A DNA stretch of 64,000 bases, from the NCBI GenBank assembly GCA_048128005.1, contig JBEUKZ010000131.1, positions 310,001-374,000 of the forward strand. The letters are read 5' to 3'. The position numbers and the translations under genes were made by a program. Under the pieces are notes generated by a model that saw only the letters and a list, made by a program, of their open reading frames with translations, was not told the origin of the DNA and ran no database searches. Every line of letters starts with the position of its first letter. The first letter of the stretch is position 1. This DNA comes from Veleropilina oligotropha (Eukaryota). Below are positions 22,147-33,054 of the stretch, piece by piece.

Positions 22147-22459
22147 GTAATTGTGGTAGTTAGACATGTTGAGAAATGTTGCAAGACGTGGTCAGAAAAA
22201 AATATTTTATCGCTGGTACAGCTTGTCAGGGAAATTTGTCATGTTCAGTTGCTACAGTGAAGGGATCATTTTATATTTATAAACAATTGAATCATTTACG
22301 AAATCTATATTTTGATTAACTAATTATAGTCACTTACCTAATGATAACTAAAAATATTGAATATTATTGCTTTTTTTATAATACTAGGTACATTGTGATT
22401 ATAACTCAATATTCCTTTGGAAATGTCATTAATTATTTGTTAATTATTTTGTACTATAG

Positions 22460-22747
22460 CTCCACCTCAGCTGTTTTTGGAAGACAGCTATAAGGAGGCG
22501 ATTGTTCTGAAGGCCGGTCTGTCGACTGCCTTTGAGATCCCGTTCTCCGGTAACCCTCAGCCTGAGGTACTCTGGAAGTTTAATGACGCAGACCTACCAG
22601 ACTCCAAGCGTATGGAGGTTGAGACCATCCGAAACATGACCACGATCCGATTAAGTAAAGTCCACAGATCCGACACCGGCGACTACTCGGTCGTCCTGGA
22701 GAATCCAAATGGCCGAGCTACTGTATCCATCAGTTTAATTGTCCTGG
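22460..22747 (+). CDS. Titin-like exon, Ig domain 13
   Basis: AG/GT bounded, 288 nt, GNPQPEVLW..DTGDY. Confidence 0.9.
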
Positions 22748-23079
22748 GTAAGAAACATATGTGCTTTGAAAGTGTGCAATAGGAGAATTTGTTTGAATAA
22801 ATCATGTTAAGTTCAGATAGAATACGGCTGCTTTGTTTCCCAATTGGATACGCAATGAGCTTTTCTCTGTTCAATGTCTGTGGTGGTTAAGTGATCCAGG
22901 TGTAATCCACAGTTAATTTAAAACGTTAATTTATGTCCTACTGTCCATTATCAATTTGTTATTTTGACAAGAGGATCAATATTATCTATATATATATATT
23001 AACTATATTATTACTATGACGAAACCCAAGAACATTTTCAGTCCTTGTTGATTGATTTTGGTCATATTTCCTCTCACAG

Positions 23080-23376
23080 ACCGTCCATCGCCACCATGCG
23101 ACTTCAGTGCAGTGGATATAACATCAGAATCTGCGACTCTGAAGTGGCAGCCTCCGCCAGACAACGGTGGCAGTGTGGTCACTCAATACATCCTCGAAAA
23201 GAGAGAATTTACCCGAAAATCATGGCAAAAAGTGGATACAACTCCAAGCCTTGAACTCCTGGCTCCAAAGCTCATCGAAGGCAACCAGTATCTATTCCGA
23301 GTATTCGCTGAGAATGAGAATGGCATCAGCAACCCCACAGAACTGCCAGAGCCCATTACCGCCAAGAATCCATTTG
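23080..23376 (+). CDS. Titin-like exon, FN3
   Basis: AG/GT bounded, 297 nt. Confidence 0.9.
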
Positions 23377-23819
23377 GTAAGCAATCTGTAATAATCAATT
23401 TTACCAACCGTTACCTTGTAAACTGTAGAATAAACAATAATGTAAGTTTTGTCTGTCAGTGTATTGTTTTTATTTCAAACAATTTTGTTTTAAATGTTAT
23501 CATATTTGCTTACTTATAGTCTCTTATACTAGCCACTCCATTTGTGTAATGGATAAGATCATGGTTTCCACTTGACTGGCCTGACTGCTCTGAGTAATAG
23601 GTGTGGGTTTAAATCCTTGCCTGGTTACTGTTAAATTAAAAGTCAAATGTTGTCCATAACTAGCCGGTGAGGGCAGGATTTTCCAGACAATCGGATTTTC
23701 CTAAAATGGTGTTAATTAAAAAGGCACATTAAGCATTGCTCCGAAGCTAAGACTGTGAGGTGGTATCCGTTCCAACTGATTGATGTTCGGACTCATTATC
23801 CTCCATGTTTTGTTATTAG

Positions 23820-24122
23820 GTGTGCCAGATGCTCCTCCAGCTCCCACCATACCAGAGATGTTCCGAGAGTCGTGCGTCGTCACGTGGCAGCCTCCCGCCA
23901 ATGACGGTGGGGCACCCATCATCGGCTACACCGTGGAGCGCCTGTCGTCATTCAGCCCACGCTGGGTGCGCGTCAACAAGGACTTGGTTCCCGATACCCG
24001 CCTACAGGTCACCGACCTGATTGAGGACAACTCTTATCAGTTCCGGGTGATTGCCGAAAATAAAGCAGGACCCAGTCAGCCAAGCGAACCATCAGAAACC
24101 GCTCTGGCTAAAGACCCATGGA
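23820..24122 (+). CDS. Titin-like exon, FN3
   Basis: AG/GT bounded, 303 nt. Confidence 0.9.
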
Positions 24123-24539
24123 GTAAGTATACATCATAAATTGATTTTATTGCATGTGTTATGACTACTGTGGCTTAAGACATCATGGAGTAAGTACATG
24201 ATTAATCGATTGGATTAATCTTATGTCTACGTTGACAGTTTTTCAGTTATATTGCATTCAGAGGATCCATTATTTATCGTCTTGATCCGATTATGTGCAT
24301 TTGGTCGCCAGCACCAACATGCATTTTTCGCATGATCAACCATCCAAACATTTGAATAAAATTTTATTCTTCATTTTAGAACATTTGAAATGCTTGTGTC
24401 TAAATTCAAATATCAGTAAACAAAGAATCTCTCTGTGGTGTCAAAGCTCCCATCTCTAATACACTCATAAAGTTGAGCAACCATATGTCAAACGCCTTTT
24501 CGACTTGAAATTTTATTCAAATGTGTAACTTTTCTCCAG

Positions 24540-24842
24540 ATAAACCTGGTCCGCCAGGAACTCCAGACATCTCTGGAACCGACCGTACGTCGGTTGCTCT
24601 TCACTGGACTCCTCCGGACAACGATGGTGGAAGCCCCGTTACTGGTTACAACGTCGAGTTCAAGAAGGTGGGATCATTCAAGTGGCTGAAAGCGAACGAC
24701 CAACTCATTCCGGTCGACACATTTAGCGTGACCGGCCTACGGGAGAACGAGGATTATGAGTTCAGGGTCAACGCCGAGAACAAGGCGGGCGCTGGGGTAC
24801 CGTCTCCACCGACTGAACCGGTGAAGGTCGTCGAGCCCATCG
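24540..24842 (+). CDS. Titin-like exon, FN3
   Basis: AG/GT bounded, 303 nt. Confidence 0.9.
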
Positions 24843-25087
24843 GTATGTGAAAAACACATGACAGGAGTTGTGTGTGCGATTTATGTGCAGGCAGCTATCT
24901 GCCATTTGAATTCTGGATAATAAACTTAGAAATCATTTCATGTACACAAAATAAGCAATTTCTATTGAAGAAACACTGCACAAAAAGAACTATTTGATAC
25001 TTTGTTTAATCATGCGCTCTCTAAAAGATATGTACAAAACATATTTTACAAGTATAGTATCATTGATTTATTATTTTATGTTTACAG

Positions 25088-25202
25088 TTGGAGAACCTCC
25101 ATTGTTGTTGGAACCACTTCTGGATATAACCATCGTCTCTCCAAAGGATGCCATCTTGGAGTGCGATATGGACGTTGGTGAACCAGAAGCCGAAATCAAA
25201 TG
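25088..25202 (+). CDS. Titin-like exon, Ig domain 14 N-half
   Basis: 115 nt, phase 1-2, split in the core Trp codon. Confidence 0.85.
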
Positions 25203-25327
25203 GTAGGAAATCGTGACACTTTTGTTGGCCAATAATATTCCTCTTTGTCTGATGTGACCATTTTTTCATCAATGTATTATCTTGAAATATTCCATCAAGT
25301 AACAAAATCATTTGTTTTGTGCTTTAG

Positions 25328-25500
25328 GTACAAGGGTAACAAGGAAATCAAGAAGAGCTCTAAGTACGAGATGAGTTATGAAGACGCCGTGGCATCACTG
25401 GTTATCCATAAGACCGAGCCCTCTGACTCGGGTCTGTATCGCTGCAAGGCCACCAACCCACTGGGGCTGGCTGAAACCCAGGGCACCCTGAACATCCAGA
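25328..25500 (+). CDS. Titin-like exon, Ig domain 14 C-half
   Basis: 173 nt, phase 2-1, DSGLYRC. Confidence 0.87.
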
Positions 25501-26037
25501 GTGAGTGGACATTTGAATATTTTAACACAAGATGCATTGCATCAATTTTAAGGAATGATTTTGACAGTTGATTCAGAGATATCAACTATAAGAATGTAAA
25601 CATGGTATCAGCGAGTTTGTTCTCTGTTTTCCATAATTTAAGATGCTTTGATAGAAGTAATCACAAGGTAACTGAACTAACAGCAAACAGATATTTAACT
25701 ATTCATTCGTAGGCAAAGATATCTCATTACCTCAATGTGCCACTTCTTTCTAATGTTGGCAGACATCTTTCAAGTAAAATATTGTTATAAGGTGGTCAGT
25801 TAAAACAAAATGAACCCCATATGCATATTGTTTTCAATGTATGCTAATCTTGTGTATGGATTTCTCATTGACGATAAACCTCAATACACACTGCATCTTG
25901 TAAAATAATGTTTGTGTTAAGTGTCATGTACAATCATGTAACATTGCACTAGCCTTTCTACCAAATGCCTTCTATAAAAGAAGTTAAATTTATACTGAGA
26001 AATGAAGGGAATAAATCTGATTAATGTTTGGATGCAG

Positions 26038-26325
26038 CTCACCCCACCTTGGAGTACGACAATCGCCTGAAGAGTGCCCAGACCGTGAAGGCGGGCTCCA
26101 CCATCACCCTGCACGTCAACGTCGGCGGGATACCGTCTCCCAGCATCACTTGGACCCTGGATGAGGAGCCGCTCACGAAGTCGGAGAGGGTCAATATCGA
26201 GACCAAAGATGAATACAGCACCGTCACCATCAAGAACGCAACCCTCGATGACTCTGGGTTCTACGCCATTGCAGCTGAAAACGTTGTCGGCAAAGCGGAG
26301 GCGGAGTTTGAAGTCGATGTTAAAG
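26038..26325 (+). CDS. Titin-like exon, Ig domain 15
   Basis: AG/GT bounded, 288 nt. Confidence 0.88.
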
Positions 26326-26513
26326 GTATAGTATGTGATAAATGTAGGAGGGATATATAGTCACAGTACTTCTGCTGTTGACCAGTGCCCGGTTTTATGA
26401 GTAAGGCGTAGCTCTAGTCCAGGACTAGTGTATATTATATATTACCATTGCTCAAGGACTAAAACGTTTATTGTACTTTAGGAGAGCGGGCAATGCTAGT
26501 TCTTGCTAAGATA

Positions 26514-26722
26514 TACTGTAAAACCCTATATTTTGGCGGCCTTAATATTTAGCTAATTTCAAAATGAAACATTACAACGCCTGTAAATTTAGCGAATTTG
26601 AATGCAATGCACATTTTTAGTCAGTCCAACTAAAAGTTTGCGACCATTTAATTTCGCGAATATTTTGCGAACGCGAAACTCGCGTAATTTTAAGGCACGC
26701 TAACAAATAGGGTTTTACAGTA
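26514..26722. mobile_element. MITE flanked by TA (Tc1/mariner-like)
   Basis: TACTGTAAAACCCTAT ... ATAGGGTTTTACAGTA inverted termini. Confidence 0.75.
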
Positions 26723-26736
26723 TTGTATAACTTAAG

Positions 26737-27724
26737 CAAAGAGTAGGGGATCTTGCGATCGCCCAGTCTGTCTGTCCGTCCGTCTATCCGTCTGTCTGTA
26801 TGTAATCTATGTCGTTTCCGGAGCATATCTCGCACACCGTTTGACATAACTGGACGAAACTTGCTGGGTGTATTACGTAGTGGGTGAACTGGTGCCTTTT
26901 GCCAGTCTTGACGTTGTGCGATGATTATTAACAGAGTTATTGCCCTTCCTGTAAATTCGTGAATGTTATCTTTTCCGGAGTGTATCTCGTACACCGCTCA
27001 ACATAACTTTACGAAACATGCTGGGTGTATTATTATTGCTTGTCTCGACATTGTGCTGCGATTAATATCAGAGTTATTGCCCTTGCTGTAAATTTGTTAA
27101 TGTTATTTTTTCCAGAGTGTATCTTACACTGCTCGACATAATTTGATGAAACTTGCTGGTTGTATTAGGCTAAATCGCCCAGTCTGTCTGTCCATCCATC
27201 TGTCTGTCTGTCTGTCCGTCTATCTCTCTGTGATCGATATCGTTTCTGGAGCATATCTCGTACACTGTTCGACATAATTTTACGAAACTCGCTGGGTGTA
27301 TTGCCTAGTAGGTGAACAGGTGCCTTTTGCCAGTCTTGACGTTGTGCAGAGATTATTAGCAGAGTTATTGCCCTTCCTGTACATTCGTAAATGTTATATT
27401 TTCCGGAGCGTATGTCGCACACCTCTCAACATAAATTTATGAAACATGCTGGGTGTATTGCGTAGTAGGTGAATTGATGCCTTTTGCCAGTCTCGATGGT
27501 GTGCGGTGATTATTAACAGAGTTATTACCCTTGCTATAAATTCGTTCATGTTATTTTTTCCAGAGCGTATCCCGTACATAACTTTACGAAACTTGCTGGG
27601 TGTATTAGGTTATGTTTCCATGTATGCGGTTTATTCCTGTCCGGTTATTCTGCGTGGCATCTCGCGCCGGAAATTCGTTAACATTGCACCGAGGGGATAT
27701 GTCATCTTCCGATGACTCTTGTTT
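26737..27724 (+). mobile_element. HINE-like composite with (GTCT/GTCC)n and internal repeats of about 150 bp
   Basis: Two microsatellite heads (26765, 27181), repeated ACATAACTT..GAAACTTGCTGGGTGTATT units, 3' GTCATC..GATGAC palindrome, CTTGTT end. Confidence 0.7.
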
Positions 27725-27791
27725 TGTTTGTGATGATCTCAATGATTTTATATTTGCCACATACAATGATTCAAGTTTTCCTCTTTTGCAG

Positions 27792-28094
27792 ACAAACCAT
27801 CCAAGCCTGTTAATCTTCACGTGACTGAAGTGATGAAGGATGCTGTTAGTCTCACCTGGGAACCGCCGTCCAATAACGGCGGGGCTGACATCAAGGGCTA
27901 CGTGATCGAGAAACGGGACACGAAGAGGAACACCTGGGTTCAAGTCGCCACAACCGATGCCGACACCAGGAGCTACGCCGTTCAGAAGCTTCTGGAAGGC
28001 GTGGAATACTACTTCCGTGTGTCCGCTAAAAATGACCAGGGAACCGGAGACAATGCTGAACTAGATGAAGGAACAGTGGCACAGTGCCCCTATA
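27792..28094 (+). CDS. Titin-like exon, FN3
   Basis: AG/GT bounded, 303 nt. Confidence 0.9.
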
Positions 28095-28401
28095 GTAAGT
28101 CGATCATTTTCGGATCCTGTATCAATAATAATATGCTTGATAACTGGGGTCGAATCGCCATTGATGATGGTGCTATATATTTTTTGTTAATAATTTCCAG
28201 GTGGGTTTAAAAGTGAAAAGCAAAATTCTACCATCGGGTATAATCACCATGTATTTACTTGTAATAATTACAAATGACCGATGTTCGTGGTGTTTTAAAC
28301 AATTCCAATGAACAAAAATTGTATTAAAACTTTTAGATGATGCTCTTGGGCATTACTGCCATATATAAACTGTCCTCAATGTTTTCCTTTGCTTATTGCA
28401 G

Positions 28402-28704
28402 AAGAACCAGAAGCTCCGAAGAATCTGGTGCCGGTGGACATTACTCGATCATCGGTTACATTGTCATGGGAACGGCCGGAGAGTGACGGAGGTTCTCCCA
28501 TCATAGGATACGTTATCGAACGCAAGCAACCAAACAGCACACGCTGGCTGAAGGCATCCAAGACACCCATCATAGAACTGACACACACACTGACAGACCT
28601 CATGGAGGGAAGTCAATACGAGTTCCGTGTGTCTGCGGAAAACGCAGCCGGTATCGGAAAACCATCAGAGCCTATGGGTCCTATCACTGTGAAGGATCCA
28701 TTCG
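28402..28704 (+). CDS. Titin-like exon, FN3
   Basis: AG/GT bounded, 303 nt. Confidence 0.9.
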
Positions 28705-29148
28705 GTAATTATTATATGAAGTAATGTTTAGAAAGTGATAGGGGCAATGAAGGTTTTCAAAGCGAATTATGGTTTGAGCAAGTAAAGCATACAGTTTACA
28801 ATACATGTTCAGATATCTTCAGTTTCGGCAACATGGTCCTTACATCTCTAATGCTAGGAGGATGCTGAAATACCATAATTATATTTGTTGTAGAGCTGTT
28901 CGAAAGAGACTAAATCAAATATGTGGTAATTTTACATAATAGCAGTTTCTTTTGTAGTAAGAACATTGTGGTAAACTGGTCAACTTTATTTTACCCTTGC
29001 AAACTTTACCCACTGCCCTAAATAAAATGGCATGCACAGCTGTTAGTAGTGACCACTCATTGTTACTTTACCCAATATTAGGAGTATCATATGTGGTGGG
29101 TTTTTAAATTAGCAAATTGACTTTTATTGTATAAAATTATTTTTTTAG

Positions 29149-29454
29149 ACAAACCTGAAGCTCCCAGTAAACCAGAAATCATTGACGTAACCAAGTCAAC
29201 AGCGACACTGAAGTGGCTACCTCCGAGCTCCGATGGTGGAAGTCCGATTATTAATTACATCGTGGAGATGAAGCCATCCAGCACGTTTAAGTGGCTCCCC
29301 GCGAGCCAGAATATCCTTGTTCTCGACACCAGCTTCCTCGTCAAGGACCTAGTGGAGGGAGCTCAATATGAGTTTCGCGTCTTTGCCGAAAACAAAGCGG
29401 GACAGAGCGGCCCATCTCCGCCTTCTCAAACCATCGCAGCTCGGGACCCCATAT
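29149..29454 (+). CDS. Titin-like exon, FN3
   Basis: AG/GT bounded, 306 nt. Confidence 0.9.
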
Positions 29455-29808
29455 GTGAGTAAAAACACTCGTATACTGTGACTTTGAATGAATCATACCA
29501 TAAATATGATATCCAATATAGTTATGTCTATAATTGTCAGCAACAGATTCATTTGCTAAAAATACACTTTTTTTGTCTTTTTAGAATTTTAAGCTTTAAA
29601 ACGATGTGCCAGCATTCTCAATGTAATGTGTGTTACAAAAGATGAATACATCCACACTGCATCTATCAAAGAACATTGGTTATTTTTACTGTACATGTAC
29701 CATCATACCATATTTTATAAACAAAAATGCCAAGTGTATATTAAGATCAAAATTATATATTACACATTATATTTTGATTGACAAGTACTAATGGGCATAT
29801 ATAGTTAC

Positions 29809-30014
29809 AAACATACTTACGTCCTTACTCTTGCCATAATAGTATATTATCGCCCAAACCGGAAATGGTGAATATGTCCCATAATGCACCGTTATAAGCC
29901 AAAAAAGCACACGGTTACCTCCCCTGCTCCTACCCCCCACGTTCCCTAGCGAGACTTCGCCAAGTCTCGTGAGACTTCTGAACAATAGAAGTCACATGAC
30001 ATCAATTCAAAGTT
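29809..30014 (+). repeat. DIRS element 2 left ITR
   Basis: Reverse complement of 37029-37234. Confidence 0.95.
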
Positions 30015-30810
30015 TTCCGCTGTCGCGGAAAGACGTTGTTTTTGCTCCGCAAATATTTCGATATAGGCGCCCGATTTCACGTTAAATCAGGGCGCAGTTT
30101 CTACTTAATATAAGTAGTGGAATATAACAGTGTTGTGGATATGAAACACATGTGAATATAGAAGAGTGATTCTCAAACTTCGGATCGTCGTCAAGGACGC
30201 CAAAGTTCTGGACATCAAAAGAAAACAGACATCGTCGTCAAGGACGCCAGTGGCCATTAAAGATGGCCGCTTAGAGGGAAAATTTTCGAGTGGTAGCTGA
30301 AATTTCTGGTCTGTATAATTATCTGATATTGTTTGAGACTGCAAACAGGTAACTCATTATATTGGATAATTCCTTAACAACGCTATTTGCTGGTTATTTA
30401 TTATATATATAAAAAATTTTCTAGCGTTGTTAAAAAGGCAGGATCTTTTGATATTAAGCTTGCGTTAATTTTCTGATATCCTGCCGTTGCTGGGATAATA
30501 CGCCATTGTACTAACTTAAAACATCCACGAGGTTTTCAGGTGTTTTTCTGGGCGGGTTTTTTCGAGGAAAGAACCCCCCTTTGTTTTAGTCAATTTGCCG
30601 GGTTACCGGGTCGGTCGGGTAAAATACCCGACCTCGGTGTTCCCAGTTCGGGGTTCTAATAACGGTATATCGCTTGATCTCTAATCTTCAGATCAGGACA
30701 ATTCTGTGAGTTGTCGTAGTACTCCCTCCAAGGAAAGAAGTCTCAACTACCATATATATACCTATTTATCTACCCCGTCTACCCACGTCCACCCTCCCGT
30801 GTATTTAGCT

Positions 30811-33054
30811 ATGGTCCGGTGCAGTAGCTCCGGGTGTAACCAGAAAATTCACGCATTTGATAGGCACAAGGAATGTTGTAAACACCGTAGCTGTAGTATA
30901 CATCATCAATGTGATCTGTGCTTTCTTCTATCAGATAAGCAGTGGGCAACCCTGTCTCACCACGGTAAGTCGACCAGGGCGACTGCCACGGTGGGTCCTC
31001 CCGTGGAGAAGGGTCATGAAGAGACCGGTAAGTTACCTAACGTTTCTTCTTTGTCTGCTTCAGGGACGCTGGACGACAGCCGACAGACGTCTGTCGCCGG
31101 ATCCACCGGCGAAACCTCCGCGACTCTTGGGAGAGTCACCGAAACCTTGCCGGTACCCCAGATTCAGGTAAAGACCCGAGTGTCGACCGTTCCTCCACAA
31201 CTGGGCCTAGTAACTGCAGTCAGCCATACCTTGCCGGCTAGCAAGGTATACATGACAGCGCAGCGAACAGCTGAACAGGGCAGACTATCCCCATCCTTTT
31301 CTTCGGCCTCGAAGAATAAGGGGACAGTTAGTCCTTCTGCGGGAAACTCACCGTCTTCCTACGGTGACAGACCCAATGCAGAGAAAGCCTTTAAAGAGGC
31401 CGGGCACCTACTTGTAGGTCTAAGACTCGGACAATCGGCGAAACCTGAATCCTCGGTCGAGAACGATGCGACTTCCCCTAGGGGTTTTCCGCTCAACCTC
31501 GAAGCTCACGAGACATTCAGAGGGCCCGGTCTCTCCCGTGCACCCACCGTGGTCACGCTAGAGAACGTGGACAGACCGGCTGCGTTCGGGACGGGGTTCT
31601 ACGGCGGTTTTCCGTCCGTGCCTCGCTCGAACAGAGTGGTAGACCGATCAGAACTGTTGCCGCAGTCCTATCGGTCGTCCGGCCCACTGACTGCGCCTCC
31701 GGGCCAGTCCTTCGGGTTCGACCCCTCGACAAGTGCCCGTGGACCCTGGTCCTCGGTTCGACCTGTCAATGCAGCCCGTCTACCTAGCGCCACGGTTACC
31801 TCGACAGAACTACCGGCTGTTAGTTCGTCGCCCGTCCTGCCTCCGGGTTTCTCTTTTGAGAACGTCCAGGCATGGATCGCGGCGGGGATCGAGGAACGGT
31901 GTAAGGCCTGGCCGACGGCTCCCGAGCCGCACCTGGTACCTACACTTCTGCCCATGGCGCAGAGCACGGCTCCTGCCTCAGTGATAGACATCGACCCTCG
32001 TTCCAACGAGGATCTCTGTTCAAATCACTCCGACCTCCCTGAATCGGTCGGGTCCGAAGACATTAGTCTTACAGGCACGCAGGAGCCGACCTCCTCCACC
32101 CGCCGAAGGCTCGACGCTGTTGCGTCACTTCGCGGGGTGCTTGGCTTGTCGGAACCGACTCGGTCGGCTGTAGACGTAGCCAAGCATAGGACGGCAGCAC
32201 ATCGGTTTGTTGCGAGGGAAGCCCCCGAGCTCCCCTCCTTACCTCAGTCCGGGCTGGTGGATCTTGTTGTAGACTCGATCACCAAGCTCGTTCAGGGGCG
32301 CAATCCGGTGGAGTCCTCCCCGCTGAACGAGTTCCCTTCGGGGTTCCGTAGTGGGAGGTACCTCCGGGCCAGTACTCGAGCGATCCCGTTCGAATGCACT
32401 GGCCCGTGCCTGGCGACTGAGCCGGCTCGTGTTGACGCTTCGTTGCGTCGACTGACCGCCAGTCACCCTCCCTCCGTAGCGAAAGTTCCTTGGTCCGCCT
32501 TGGAAGCTTTCGAGAGCTCCGCCCGACGGGCTCTGCGGCTATCGTCCGTTCAGGATTTTTTCCTAGACGGTGCGATAGCCGTATTACAGGAGAATGGACC
32601 CGGCGCCACCGAGGCTGCCCTGTCCTTCCTCCAGGAGGTTGCTGCCACGCAGGAGACCAGCGCGTTGGAGACGGGACGTGTCCTGGGCAATGCCCTCCTA
32701 CTTCGTAGGGATGCTTGCCTGGAAGGTACCTCGCTGGACGAGCCCACCCGGCGCTCGTTGCGATGCGTACCTTGCTCGGCCACCACTCTCTTTGGTGACA
32801 ACTTCACGGAGTTTGTTGACAAGAGAGCGGCGGACATTAAGGACCGTGCCATCGAGAAGGCAGTACTGCTCCCCACCCGGGGTCCACCTGCCAACTCGAA
32901 GAAGCGCTCCGGGCCCACCCCGGCCCCGAAGCCTTCTAAGCGTGCGAAGCCCTCTTCGGGTGGTAGGCCTCCGGCCAATAAACCCACTCCAAAGAGGCGA
33001 GCACCTCCAGCGAAATCCCGCAAGCAGAGCGGGATAGGGAAGCCTCGGCCCTAG
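30811..33054 (+). CDS. gag: DIRS Gag-like protein, 747 aa
   Basis: ATG in the same AGCT-ATG-GTC-CG context as element 1; MVRCS start and Cys/His cluster. Confidence 0.9.
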   Translation: MVRCSSSGCNQKIHAFDRHKECCKHRSCSIHHQCDLCFLLSDKQWATLSHHGKSTRATATVGPPVEKGHEETGKLPNVSSLSASGTLDDSRQTSVAGSTGETSATLGRVTETLPVPQIQVKTRVSTVPPQLGLVTAVSHTLPASKVYMTAQRTAEQGRLSPSFSSASKNKGTVSPSAGNSPSSYGDRPNAEKAFKEAGHLLVGLRLGQSAKPESSVENDATSPRGFPLNLEAHETFRGPGLSRAPTVVTLENVDRPAAFGTGFYGGFPSVPRSNRVVDRSELLPQSYRSSGPLTAPPGQSFGFDPSTSARGPWSSVRPVNAARLPSATVTSTELPAVSSSPVLPPGFSFENVQAWIAAGIEERCKAWPTAPEPHLVPTLLPMAQSTAPASVIDIDPRSNEDLCSNHSDLPESVGSEDISLTGTQEPTSSTRRRLDAVASLRGVLGLSEPTRSAVDVAKHRTAAHRFVAREAPELPSLPQSGLVDLVVDSITKLVQGRNPVESSPLNEFPSGFRSGRYLRASTRAIPFECTGPCLATEPARVDASLRRLTASHPPSVAKVPWSALEAFESSARRALRLSSVQDFFLDGAIAVLQENGPGATEAALSFLQEVAATQETSALETGRVLGNALLLRRDACLEGTSLDEPTRRSLRCVPCSATTLFGDNFTEFVDKRAADIKDRAIEKAVLLPTRGPPANSKKRSGPTPAPKPSKRAKPSSGGRPPANKPTPKRRAPPAKSRKQSGIGKPRP

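Noticed and set aside
29788..29985. Mirror ORFs at 29788 (-) and 37058 (+)
   Set aside because: By-product of the ITRs; non-AUG start and no counterpart in element 1.
30706..30810. GTG-initiated N-terminal extension of element 2 Gag, and the GTG/TTG starts listed for pol and YR
   Set aside because: Eukaryotic element; homology with element 1 begins at the ATG at 30811, and the alternative starts are not at equivalent positions in the two elements.
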